Assembly (NCBI GenBank): GCA_973895155.1
Contig: OZ316898.1
Location: 1,242,751-1,306,750 of the forward strand
Origin: Marsupella aquatica
Lineage: Eukaryota > Plantae > Marchantiophyta
Length of the DNA stretch: 64,000 nt
Direction: 5' to 3'
Part shown: positions 41,837 to 53,817 of the stretch, piece by piece
How positions within the stretch are numbered: the stretch's first letter is position 1
How the letters are laid out: every line of letters begins with the position of its first letter
Program-made: the position numbers and the translations under genes
Notes under the pieces: generated by a model
Database searches by the model: none
What the model was told of the DNA's origin: nothing
What the model saw: only the letters and a program-made list of their open reading frames with translations

Positions 41837-42712
41837 TTATACCTCAATGAAAGAAATAAGTTTCGAATGCTTTTCGATCTTTTGTTTCTCCTTCAGTAGG
41901 TCTATTGCTTGTTGACCGTGACCTTGTTGAGGTTTTTCTCTCATTCTTGGTTGCAGGTCCACAGGCCGTTGACCAGAGGTGCGACCTTCAGACAGTTCTT
42001 CTCTCAATCTTGGTGGCAGGTCCACTGCTTGTTGACCTGACTTGTGATCTTCATGAAATGCTTCGAACCATCTTGGTTGCAGGTCCACTTTTTCTTCAGT
42101 AGACTTGTGACTTCGATCAATTGTTTCACTACCTATTGCTCTTACGCCCCTTGCCTCTCGATCCGACTTGCGATTGTGATCAACTATTTCTCTCATCGGT
42201 TCTTGCTCCACTAATTCTTGACGGGACTTGTAGCTTTGATCAATTTTTTCCCTCAGTTTTGGTTGCAGCTCCAGTGCCTCTCGACCCGACTTGTGACTGT
42301 GATCAATTATTTCTCTCATCTTCGGTTGTTGTTCCACTGTTTCTTGATGAGACTTGTGGCTTTGATAATTTTTTCCCCTCAATTTTGGTTGTAGCTCCAC
42401 TGCTTCTCGACGAGACTTGTGACTTTGATCAATTATTTCTCTCAAATTTTGTGACTCCGTTACTTCTTGACGTGGCTTCTGACTTCGATCTACTTTTTCT
42501 CTCAAGTTGACTTTGACATCCACTGCTACGTCAACCGACTTGTGGCCCTGATCAACGTTTTCTCTCATTTCTAGTAGCTCTACTGCTTCTCGAGTAGACT
42601 TGTGAATTTGACGACTTTCTTCTCTAGATTTTTGTAGCTCAACTGCTCCTTGACCTAGCGTTTGACGTTCATCCTTTCTCTCTCTGAAATTTTGCTTTAC
42701 GTCCACTGCTCC
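41837..42712 (-). CDS. Uncharacterised ORF/exon of ~13 tandem 19-21-aa charged repeats (AVELQPKLREKIDQSHKSRQE); candidate last exon of NDUFB2
   Basis: 876 nt open frame. Repeat units of 57/60/63 nt all preserve frame. ttccag|GGA acceptor is in phase 0. No in-frame ATG near its 5' end (the ORF-track start is GTG). Confidence 0.55.
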   Translation of the reverse strand, partial: GAVDVKQNFRERKDERQTLGQGAVELQKSREESRQIHKSTREAVELLEMRENVDQGHKSVDVAVDVKVNLREKVDRSQKPRQEVTESQNLREIIDQSHKSRREAVELQPKLRGKNYQSHKSHQETVEQQPKMREIIDHSHKSGREALELQPKLREKIDQSYKSRQELVEQEPMREIVDHNRKSDREARGVRAIGSETIDRSHKSTEEKVDLQPRWFEAFHEDHKSGQQAVDLPPRLREELSEGRTSGQRPVDLQPRMREKPQQGHGQQAIDLLKEKQKIEKHSKLISFIEV

Positions 42713-43394
42713 CTGGAATCACATGTGGACCTGATTATTACTTTCTTTGTCACATTTCGTTGGTCTGACAATGTGGGATCTCTTTCTCTGAGTCCCGAAC
42801 TCTCATACTTGACCTTTCACGCGTGAGGGGAAATTTACAAGCCAACGTCCAAAGATCATCAATTCTTCACATCGAGTCTTGTCAATTGTGGAGAAATATT
42901 TTCAGGAAATTAATCCATTGCCTAGGGACAGGAAAGGGCTCTCATTACAGTCTTCCAAAATGCTTGTCCTGGTAAGATAATTTCGGAATTTATACAGAAT
43001 ATCACTCAAAAGAATCACAAATGGATCAGAGTGCAAAATGTCCATCAGGAAAAGAACACCAGTTGCAGTAAAATAGGCCAGTAAGTTTCATTTCTCAGGA
43101 AGGGTGCAGTGGTGATGCTTGTAAGGCCATTATCACGGGAGTTTCAGAAACTGTTTGAGGATCAAAGACACGAACTAATCTGCATTCTCCGCGTGCCCAG
43201 CACGAGACGGAGAGCCCAGATTATGTAGGGTGGACATTCACACAATCCGCCGTTGATTCCTTAGGAAATCCCACCCCACATTTCTTTCTATATTTACAAT
43301 GAACACATCAAAGAATGTAAACAGGAACCAAAAGGTGAGAGGGAAGAAAGACCGGAGAAAACGTACATGGATGGCTAATAAGTCAAAAAGGCCC

Positions 43395-44246
43395 TCATAG
43401 AAAGATTGAGGGGTTTGATTCGGGTACCTTTTTATGCCTGTGTGCGCTTTCATGAGCATTTGCATGCCCACCATGTCCGTGCCCATGAGAATCCCAAGGG
43501 TGGCGCAATCCCTGCACAGCTCGATTTTCTAAGAACGAACACAGTAGCTCACTCTCTAGCATGTTAAAAAAACAGTCCAAACCCTAAATTGATGGAACAC
43601 ATTATCAACAAACAAACCTTGATTCTCACAATCTAAGCTTCCCAACGTACCAAAAGAGCAGCTCCGTCGTTCTTCGCCCTGTAGAACACCCACAACCTGC
43701 ACAAAGAGAAAGCAACTCGCCCATCACGCTTTTAAAGTAGCTCTTAGAATCAAGCCTAGCCCCATTTTCCAATTGCGTCCTGTAGCGGGAGTGGTCCACG
43801 CCCTAGCAATCGAGCCGAGATCGGTTGCAACGATCTCCACGGCTACAGGAATACGACGAGACAAACCATTCTGCAGTCCCAGCAACTCGAGTACTTCTTG
43901 AAAGTCAAATTCTTCCTCCTCATTACCATAAATATTGGAGGCTAACGAATGACTGAATTACGGAATCAATTTCACTCCAGCGGAAACCAAATGAGCCATG
44001 GGGGAGGGGAAATGAAAAAAAGCATTCCACGATGAAATCGTCACAAGCCACAGAAAGCGGCAGCGAGATGACAAGACTGCCCAGTAATCAGAGAAACCCA
44101 GAGGCAACGAGAGAAAGCGAGGAGGAGGAGGAAGAGAACAGCAATTACCACATCACAGCGCACATTCCCTGGCCTGTGAGCACTTGCCATCGCTTTGGGG
44201 CATGGAGAGTCAGATCCGCATACTTGTGTCCGTGCCCGCCTGCCAT
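43395..44246 (-). CDS. NDUFB2: NADH dehydrogenase (ubiquinone) 1 beta subcomplex subunit 2 (AGGG), plant type
   Basis: Exons 44149-44246, 43651-43696 and 43395(or 43428)-43511 encode MAGGHGHKYADLTLHAPKRWQVLTGQGMCAVMWLWVFYRAKNDGAALLGLRHPWDSHGHGH. This matches the plant NDUFB2 pattern CAVMWFWxxYRAKxDGxxxxGxRHPW plus a His-rich tail. Confidence 0.9.
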
Positions 44247-45361
44247 CTTCACCACCGTAGCTACACCGTGTTGGCCCTCGACCTTGCAGCTCCTCCTCGT
44301 GTGCCCAAGATGGCCTTCAAGAGTTTCTTCTGGTGCACTGCCGTCGAACTTTCGTCCTAAGGAGCTTTCACTTTGTATTTTCCAGTGCATTCTTCGAGCT
44401 TTCTTTCGAAGGAGCTTTCACTCTGTATTTTTTCCAGTGAAGTCTTGGAATTCTCGGAGAAGAAATGCACGGTCAAGATGTTGGGATGGCTCTCCAGGAA
44501 TATTCTCTTCTACTTTTACTAATATTAATATTATTAAAATTACAAATCTTTTAGGCCTTTAAGTGTATTAAGGTACAACTAAATCCAAATAGACCTCAGT
44601 GTTTGACAAAATACTGTCATGGATTTTTCCAACCCGGATGGACCTCAATGTTTTACCAATACTATTTCAGTCCTCACCAGAATGTGACTTGTAAATTGGT
44701 GGGCAATGTCAGAGCCTATACTCTTTTAGTCACATTTGTACTCTGTCCATTGCAGCCTGTTTACACATAGCATCTCCTTCCAGAGCTAGTATTCAGGTCC
44801 TAATACTTCTAAGTACTCCTTAGTTTTCACTTTGGCAGCTTCTTTCTTTCCAATCTAGAGCTACATTCCTTTGACTAAGTTTTGATTTGGTATGTAACTT
44901 GCTTTGGTTCTTCTCTTGTCCAAATCTATATAACTAACAGCAAACACGAGCTAGGGTTGGGGTGCAGACTTCTAGAGTGAAGTCTGTAGACCATAATTTA
45001 AACAAGGACAAAACTTAAAGTGAAATGCATACTAAAAACAGGGAGGGGGGCAAATATGAAGGGGAAAGAACATAGATTATTTTGCAAGTTTTTTTTGTTG
45101 TTGTCTTATCTCTATTTACTCTCAAGGACTGGTAATCAGGATAGTATTCTCACATTTCCATCAATTGATACAAATTAAGATAGTCATGAGTTTTTTCAGC
45201 CCTTTTCCCTTTGGATCCATACAGTGGCTGGATCTTTGTCAAGTCAGGGTTTAGGCTTTGAAAGGTGTAGGGGACAAAGCTTCCGGACAACGTTAATCTT
45301 TGAGTCAGATTTCCTCCAAGTTTTCTGCCATGTCAAGGTGAAAATTGTTGACCCTGTTTAA

Positions 45362-45514
45362 ACCACCACTGTCCATATAAAAGGAGAAGTGTCCAAGACT
45401 CCTCACTTTTTCATATTTCTCTCTAGCATGAGACTTTGCTCCATAATTTCAGGAACAGGTAACTAAAAATGGCGAAACCTGGCATAACCAGGTTTTGACA
45501 TGGACAGTGGCGCT
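45362..45514. mobile_element. 153-bp MITE flanked by TTAA (Kolobok/piggyBac-like target)
   Basis: TTAA at 45358-45361 and 45515-45518. TIR accaccactgtccatataaaa vs agcgccactgtccatgtcaaa (rc), 17/21 identical. Confidence 0.65.
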
Positions 45515-45689
45515 TTAAGGGCCAAATGGACTAGTGCCCTAAGCTCCTTGTGTTTGAGGGCCAATGGAATACTACCCTAAGCTCCTCCAGCTAACTCTCA
45601 TTAGGGATTCTGTCCATAAACCCCTCCTGAAGATAGAGTTACCCTGGGTACTCTTGATGAGTGATGTTTTTACAGGCAAATTTGAATCA

Positions 45690-46348
45690 GGAAGGTCTTG
45701 CGCCAAGAATACAACAAAAATGAGAATGTGCGAATTGCAATTGTGGGAATTCGAATCATTATTTGGAAGGAGCTTCAGTTGAATATGAAAGGTGCTTGGA
45801 ATCAGGGTCTTGCTCGTATTGCAGTGGTAGGAGGAGGTAATAGACTTGATCTGATTGGTAGGATGTGCCGCAATTTTGGTCGAGAAGGGGGGCTATATAA
45901 GATCGAGAATGGCATGTTCATTGTTGATTACACACCACTCTGGGCTTTCGACCCTCCATGAGTATTCGCTAGTGTTTTGCCTTGGTTCACCTTTAGTTTT
46001 GTTGGTGGGACAAGGTGGGTAGTATGTTAGTTTCTTTTTGCTTCGTTTGCACATAGGTAATGCATCATGGATTTTTGCCTTGAGACAGTTGCTCAGTTTT
46101 CTCTCTCTGTTCTTAGGGGCTGGCTATTTGCGTTTTCGCTTCGTTTTTAGTTTTGGTGTGGGTGACATGCCGTCACGTTCCACTTTAGTTCCTGTTTTGG
46201 CCCTTGTCCTCGGGATTGGATGTGTTTGATCTCCGGGTGATGTTTTTGATCCTTAATCTTTGTTTCTATCTGGCCAGGTTTTACTCCATGTTTTACTGGT
46301 TCTTACTTTTCATATAAGTAAAGTATTCTTTTCAAGAAAAAACAAAAT
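45690..46348 (+). mobile_element. Possible 5'-truncated LINE (L1-like) 3' remnant
   Basis: Short ORF ending ...W..W...PLWAFDPP*, T-rich 3' region, then A-rich tail tcaagaaaaaacaaaa. No RT domain and no clear TSD. Confidence 0.3.
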
Positions 46349-46518
46349 TATAAAATTTGTCATTTTGATGAAGAACCTGCCACCCCAATAAAAAATTAGG
46401 CAAGATCTAACGGTGTAAATGTGATCCCCTGCTTCGTTCGTGCCGTCCGCATTACAGCGACAACCCGTGTGACAGCGTAACTGCCCGGCAAGTGACCCGT
46501 CTCGGGTGACCCTACACT

Positions 46519-46606
46519 CCGACCGGTCCCCCGGTACTTTTCCCTGCGCGTGGACAGTATTATTCCGACCGGTCCCCCGGTACTTCGCCCTGCGCGTGGA
46601 CAGTAA
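46519..46606. repeat. 46-bp GC-rich tandem duplication upstream of ERG2-like gene
   Basis: ccgaccggtcccccggtactt..ccctgcgcgtggacagta x2. Confidence 0.8.
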
Positions 46607-47321
46607 TCCATCAATTGTCCTAGAGCGTCAGTGCACTACAGAGAAGCTTGTTGCTCCGGACTTGCCACCATCGCCAAGGGCAAGACATTGAGCTTCAATC
46701 CGACCGGAGACGGCAGAATGGCAGATGCTTCCTCGCCCTCATCCGGGGCTGCTCGAGGTCGTGCCCAAATCTTGTTCATAGAGCTTCGATAGCTGTCAAG
46801 CTGCTCGAGTTTGTGACCGAATTTTCAGCTTTCGAGTGGTTGCAGTTAGAATTGCGTTGTGGGAGGAATTTTCGAAAAATCGACTCCCTGGGGAAGATAT
46901 TCGGAGATTGAATTGCCGGACCGAGTTTCGCAGATCGAATCGCTGGGGGCGGTTTTTCGTGCTTGCGTTACATTGGATGGTGAGGAACAATTGTTGCAGA
47001 GGTAGAATTGGGTCGGCAATGTCGAAGGTTTTGCAGATTTCGCAGAGCTTGTGGATAGGGCGGTTTCGTGGGGAGGGGATCGATTCGCTCACAGGCCGGC
47101 GTCGTTGAAGCAAGACCTAGCACTGTTTTGCTCTCTCGGCCTCCCGTCTTGTGTACAGAAGTTGCGCGAGTTGCATTAGGGATGTACGAGGCCTCTCGTA
47201 GAGCAGGCGCGTCTCAGGATTGACCGAGTTGCAACTTTCGTCCGGGCTTTTCCCTCGAACTCGCGTGCCCGACACTTTCTCACTTGAGGACAACGTTACT
47301 TTGGCAAGAAAAGTAGTCACC

Positions 47322-48053
47322 ATGGCTTCAAGTACGACGCGCAAATCGATGGTGCCCGGAAAGGCACAGCTTTCGCCCTTCAGCTTTCTTTCAATTGGGG
47401 CGGTCGGCGTGCTTCTCATTGCCGTCGGAGTCTATGTTGATCGGCACATTGCAGACTTTGCCGTATTCGATCCGAAGGGCCTGCAGGCAATTGCGCAGCG
47501 CGCCATCAATGAGCACGGTGCCGGAGTGGGGAACGGTAACTATACCAGCGGCAATCTGGGTGCAGTGATGGATGCGATCATCGTTGGACTGGAGGAGCAG
47601 TACGGGTCGAGTCATATCAATAAGAACTACGAATGGGTGTTCAACAACGCGGGAGGGGCAATGGGAGCACTGCATATCCTGCACGCGTCTGTTACAGAGT
47701 ATTTGATCTTTTTTGGTACCCCGCTCGGCACTGAAGGCCACACTGGGAGATTCCTGGCCGACGATTGGTTCTGCATCCTCCAAGGCGAACAGTGGGCCTT
47801 CAGTCCCGGCGGACTGGAGAAGGAAGTCTACCTTCCTGGTGACTCACATCACCTTGCCCGAGGCACCGCAAAACAGTACAAGATGCACGAGGGCTGCTTT
47901 GCTCTCGAGTATGCACGTGGTTGGATCCCCTCCATGCTCTTCTTTGGGTTTGCAGACACATTCAGCTCCACGCTGGACTTTGAGACACTGTATACTACGG
48001 TGAAGCTGACGACAATCGGGATCGTCGAGGAGCTAGCCCAAGGCAAGTTTTGA
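47322..48053 (+). CDS. ERG2: C-8 sterol isomerase, ERG2/sigma-1 receptor family, intronless, 243 aa
   Basis: N-terminal TM helix; EWVFNNAGGAMG, LHASVTEYLIFFGTPLGTEGHTGRF, DDWFCILQGEQWA, ALEYARGWIPSMLFFGFADTFSSTLD are ERG2 signatures. ATG at 47322 (the ORF-track start at 47220 is TTG). Confidence 0.93.
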   Translation: MASSTTRKSMVPGKAQLSPFSFLSIGAVGVLLIAVGVYVDRHIADFAVFDPKGLQAIAQRAINEHGAGVGNGNYTSGNLGAVMDAIIVGLEEQYGSSHINKNYEWVFNNAGGAMGALHILHASVTEYLIFFGTPLGTEGHTGRFLADDWFCILQGEQWAFSPGGLEKEVYLPGDSHHLARGTAKQYKMHEGCFALEYARGWIPSMLFFGFADTFSSTLDFETLYTTVKLTTIGIVEELAQGKF

Positions 48054-49299
48054 GTGGTCATGTAGGATTCGACCAAGGAGAACGACGGCAAGGACTCTTC
48101 ACAAATTGGTGAATCGAGCTTTATTATTGTAAGGAAAGTTTCAGCCTTAGACATCTTGTCGAGGCCTGTGTCACGTGCAGCCAGCTTGATCTGCAAGGTA
48201 ATCAAGGGCATCAACAGTGAGATTTACCGGACTGTAGTTAACTAGATGGACCTGAGAAATCTATGGAAGGACGCTCTCCATATCTGTTCACTCGCTCCAC
48301 TGTGCTGCTGCAAGATCTCCACTCGTTTTGATTCCTTCAGATCTTATGCAAAGCTCGAATGCTTCGGGCATCTATCCACATTCAGGCATAAATAACTTGA
48401 ATTCTGCGGAGGGGGAAGACATACAGCTACCAGCTCTACCTAGATCGTTCGGGAAGCTATCAGACTTGAGCATGCTTTATCTCGACAGGTGTGGATTATA
48501 AGGCCCACATGAATTCTGTGGGCAATTCTCCAGGTTCAGCCACTGTACATAATTTTTTTTTATGGTTTCAATTCTCTGCCTGCATCCTTCAACCACCCGG
48601 GCAATTCTCAATATTTGAGGATCATGGTTTAGTCGCCAAGCTCCATCCAGATATTACTATCGTCATCTGATTGCTTGTACAAGACAGGGAGACCGTTCCT
48701 ACCTACATTAAGGATATACTCTTTGTAAACTGTGGAGCGCAGTACCGCCGATAGGAAAACAAGAGGCATTTAGTGTCTAATCTCTGCTTTCAAGCTATTG
48801 TGTCATCGCTTTCCAGAGTCTCCTTCGACGCTGCTCACTGCCCATATGCGACACAATAATGAAATCGAAGTAGCGCACCAACAGTCCTTAGGTCGACTAT
48901 CTCAAATTGGATCTTACAGGACAGATAAAGGTTTCAAAAGTTGATTTGGATGGCTGTTTCGGTTTCGCGTTCATTTTCACTTCGTTTCGGTTGTGCGAAG
49001 TTTGAATGTGCGTCAGTGATTGATTTGACTCATTAAATTCGTTGAGCTGGAAAGCAGCTTCATGAAAACCAGATGGACCAGCCAATGTGCAGAGGTACTC
49101 AAGGCATCTATGCTAAATGTGAGAGAAATCTCCCAACATAAAAGGTCCAAAAGCAATGAAAACTTCTTTAAAATCAAGAATTGGGACACTTACATAGTTG
49201 TCTTTCAATTTCTACGAATGCGGGGCAGAATCCCGCAAATCTTCATATGGACCCCCTACGATGTTGATGTCTCTTCCAGTAAATCTTTAAGAGTATTAA

Positions 49300-50340
49300 A
49301 CCACAACTCGGGGTACATATGGACCCCGAGTCCTGCCCGAGCAATAATGACCCTGCCCAGGCCAGACTGAGCCCCCCTTTGCCCGTGGTTTGCAGGGCCT
49401 GCCCACTCGGGTCCTTGGAGGGCCTATAACAGTTGCCTTGCGAGTGCGCCTCCTGGGCTCGATCCCTCCATAACTCACGAGTGCTCGAGCTCTCCCCAAT
49501 CTCTGTAGCTTGCAGCTACCATAGCTGGAGCTGAGAGCGGCTTGCTGCCTCCCTCCCCAATCTGTATTAGGAGCAACTACCATCCCTCATTCCCTCCCCA
49601 ATCCAAGTTGCGAGCAGCTGCCATAGCTGGCTCGGATCAATGTTGCTACTCGGCTGCTCCCACCTCGTTGTCTCCGTTTAAGTTTCCCTCCCGATGTGAA
49701 ATGGCTCACAGTTGCATAGCTGTTGCGTTGTTAGCTGCTGCAGAATCCTCTGTTGCGAGCTCCAATAGCTCAATCTGAGCTCGACAGTGTGCTGCTAGGA
49801 TTGAGGATCAGCTGTTGGGATCGAGGAAGGTAGTTGCTCAAAACTTTGTGAAGAGGAGACGTTGCTGCTTGAGAGGCTGCTGCATCGTTTGCCTTGAATG
49901 CTTGATTGTCCTGCTCGGCTCCTGCTGCCTTGCTCGAGTGGCTGCCGCTCGGATCCTGCTGCCATAGCTAGAGCTACATTTCGCCAGGGTGCACAATTTT
50001 GGCTTGCTGCTGTTGGATTTGAGGTCATTGCTGCTGGCTGTGAGCTTGCTGCTGCTCAGCTGCCATAGCAAAGCTTTGTTTCGCCATAGTGTACGGTTTT
50101 TGCTTCGATTCGTGCTTGCTGCTACTGGTTTCATGCTAGTTGCTAGTCGGTACCGTAGGTCGCAGCTGCCATTGCTCAAGCTACTGCCATTGCTCAAGCT
50201 ACTGGTTTTGTGATCGAACCTTCTTGTTGCTTGATGGCACTTGTTGCTGGTTTGCTGTTGCTTCAGATTGCAATTGGAGGGCTGCAGAAGGGCGCTCATC
50301 CGCACACGACATTTGCATTTTGGGAGTGAGTATTCTGGAT
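49300..50340. repeat. GC-rich degenerate repetitive tract (gctgctgc/ttgctgct), probable TE remnant
   Basis: Dense short gctgc motifs; ctgccattgctcaagcta x2. Shares gcaacattgatc (rc) with ~33693. Confidence 0.4.
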
Positions 50341-51973
50341 CACCCAAAGTACTTATACAATGAATGGTGGTTTAATGGACTGCAAATTTTGTCCTAGTAA
50401 ATCCTGGACAGTGACGACTTGGTCCTACAAAGCCACTTGTGTATTCAAACTATTTTGATAATATCTAGAAGTTCTCTATTTCTTTGGGCTGCTTCTAGTG
50501 ATAATGCATCAAAGGCTATTCTGATGTCTTGTCTGATTACTACTCAGACTCCTATTTGAGTCATTGATAGCATCTATCATGTCTTGTCAGATTTTTTATC
50601 TCAACCGCTGGTGAACCTGCCCATTATCGAGAGCAGGTATATTGGGAAGCAATCCAAGCTCAAGTCCGACATTGATCAGTGAGGCTGTCAACAATTCTAG
50701 ATTTGGTGGTCTGCAGGACGAGATGCGATCAACAGCAAATTTGAAGTGTTCAAATTGCAGTCACAATGCAGGTTCAAAGACCTTGATAAAAACCTTGTGA
50801 AGGTGACAATGCGCAATGACGAATACCAAGCTGCCGAACAAGGTTGGAAGGAGGACCAATCGCGCATGGCAGAATTGAGTGCTGACCTTCAAAGGTGCAT
50901 TGCAGGATGAGATGCCGTGATCAGTGAACTTGAGTTGTTGAAATGATCGTCAGAAAGCAAGTTTGAAGACGTTCAACAATTTTAGATTTGGTGGTCTCCT
51001 TGGTGGTCGTCGTGGCTCACCCATGGCTAGAAAGCCAAAGGAAACACATAGAGAAACATGCGCAAAGATTGTGAATGCATTTGAATTTGGGCAATGACAA
51101 TTTTCAGCAAGTGCTTTGGTGGTTATTGGTGCTATCCGGATAGCACCCAAAACCATTGGTTCACCTTCCTAAAGTTCAGGTAAGACTATACTTTGGAGAA
51201 ATTTTTTCAGGTATGAGTAATTCCAAAAACTTGAGAGAAAATAACTAAGAGAGCAATTATTACTTACATTAAATACTACTTCCCTTGCAAAAGTATTTCA
51301 AAACATAAAACAAATGAATATGTGAGTGAGAATGGCTAAATAATTTGTACATAAATTATATACACTTAATTGCTTCTAGACAGTACATCTGGTGGACTGA
51401 CTTAAATAGTTCAACAGTATGTTACAATGAAAAAATAGAAAAAATAAAAAATGCCCAAAGAGGCATGACTTTGTGGTAACTCACTTGAGTAGATATTTAT
51501 AGGTTTTGGGTTCCACTATTGTACTGAATCCAAGTTGTCCAAATTTGGCACAAATTAATATGGGGAGTGAGGCCAAGCTTAGCCTAACCTGTTCCAAAAC
51601 TAGAAAGGAATTTACAATGATATCCTAATGTAATTAGGGAGAATATTGTTATATATATATTTGTCATTATCTCTGAGTATCTCAACAAAGTACACATTAA
51701 GAAAATATTCAAAAAAGAATTTGATCAGAGATAAATCATAAAAATAAAAAATCCAATTGTAATGCTAAAATTGATAAAGTTAGATTGAAGTTAAGATTAA
51801 TATTTTGATAAGTATAACATTATACAACACCATCTGAATATGATTTCTCCTAATCTGCCCCTTCCAAATATTAGACTATTATTCCAAGTCTGCAATTATA
51901 TTTCAAACCAAATTTTAGCTAGGGAGTAATTTTGCCAGCAAAATGGTGTACATTTGAGATTTTTTCTTCTCAC

Positions 51974-52317
51974 TGTTAGATATTGCTCTAGTCTTGTGAC
52001 TCTTGTGCTAACCACAGTTAGGCTAACTCGGGTTAGGACCTAGCTAAGGTTAGCGGTAGTGCTGTTGTGCATATAGCCAGGGCTGATGCCAGACCCGGGG
52101 GGAACTTAGGCTCATTGTTACGGAGCTAGTTGAGAGATAGGGAGAGCTTGTGCTGTGGATGCTTGGTATGGCCGGTCGGCCTAGAGTGCAGTAAAACTCT
52201 TATGAGTTCCCATGGACGTAGTCTCATGTGGAGGTGAACCACGTATCTCTCTGTGTCGACTATTGTGCGTTGGATGGTTCATGGGCTTGCCGTTACGAAT
52301 GTCGTCTATGCTCAACA
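51974..52317 (+). repeat. 5' LTR (344 bp)
   Basis: TGTTAGAT...GCTCAACA followed by the PBS. Confidence 0.95.
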
Positions 52318-53817
52318 AGTGATATCAGAGCATGCTTGGGAGATGACAAGGTTTTTTCGTGACAGATTTTTCCAGGGTTCATTGTCGATGGTACATTCAG
52401 AGTTTCGTTGCATGAAACTCGATTGTGTGTGGCTGAGCGGATAGGTTAGTGAGAGGGCATTCTAATGGTGGTTAGAGCTCACTGATCAGTATCCGTGGTG
52501 CGGAGGAATTGAAGTTTGTGTCGTTCAAGGTTTATTCGTGTTCGATGGTATTTCGGGGGAGAAACCAGAGATCGTTTCTTCAACGGTGTGAGCTGTGCGG
52601 TGTGCGGGGCGTCGCATGTGATAGTTCAAGTTGAAGGTTGGAGCGTGCTGGTCATTTTGGTATCTAGTTTGTTGACGTTTGCGGAACGAGTGCGTCGTGA
52701 CGAGTGAAGGAGGCGTTCTGGTTTTTTGACAAGCTATGGTGCTTGTTTTTCCCTGAACCGGATTACTCGTCGTGACGCTTGACTCGGAGGAAAAAACGCG
52801 AAGTGCTGAGGCTCAACGGAGAGATCGTGGCGAGACGGTCATTTTGAGTCCGGGATTGGCACTTGACGCGGAGTGAAGGCGACGCAACAAAAGTTCTTTC
52901 TCTGGTGGAGCTTCAGACGTGCCGGTGCAATTCGGAAACATTTTCATGTTGGCGGTCATCACTTTTCTCATTGGAAACCAAAGCGGAGGCGGTTGAGGTT
53001 TGTAACACGGCCTTTGTGTCATTTTGGGCACATTTTTAAGGTTAGTTTAGGGCATTTTTTGCCCCAATACGGCCCCAATACCCGACAAACCAGGTTCGCC
53101 ATACGCCCGGCGCGCACACCGGCCTCCCACACCCCTTTAAGCGTGAAAACGTGCTTTTTTGGGCCCAAATACGGCCAAAAATGCCCATATACGAAAACGC
53201 GCGTTTTGACCCCTTTAAACTTGTTTTTTTCACGCTTTTTGCTGTTTATACGCGATTCTGGCCGCGAATACGCGTGCCTTTGCCAGGGGCTTTAAGACCC
53301 CTTTAGAGTGTGTTTTTCTGAATTTTTTTCTCTCCTCCTCCTCCTCATTGGTTGTGCCTCACTTCGGGCCCTGTGACCCTCCGTTTTAATCGCTCCGACA
53401 GGGGGAACGGCCCCCTCTGAGCCCTGTTGGATTATGCGGGAATATTCCCAAAAAACAGAGAGCTGTTTTTCGGCCGTCACACAAAGATTCTGTCCGCCGC
53501 ACAGTAACTTTTTTGGTTCTTTTTTGGTGAGGACGTTGCCACTGGAGTTAGCAACGCGGCGCACCGATCACATCGCGATTCCGACGACAGGTTGTACTTG
53601 GTATTTTGGTTATTCTCCAAGGTGGTCAAAACGGGGGAGTTTCTCAAGGTTTCACCCACCCCGATCGAAATTTGAATAACTTTTTCGTCGAATTTCGATT
53701 TTGATTTCGGATTTCAGTATTGGACTCCTAGCTTCGTGGGCTATGTGGCGGTGTTGAGTTTTGAGTTTTATGAGAAGTTTCGAAAAATAAAATAAAAAAA
53801 TTTCGTGATTGTTTCAT

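Noticed and set aside
44032-44562. 176-aa + strand ORF
   Set aside because: Antisense shadow of NDUFB2 exon 1 and its UTR.
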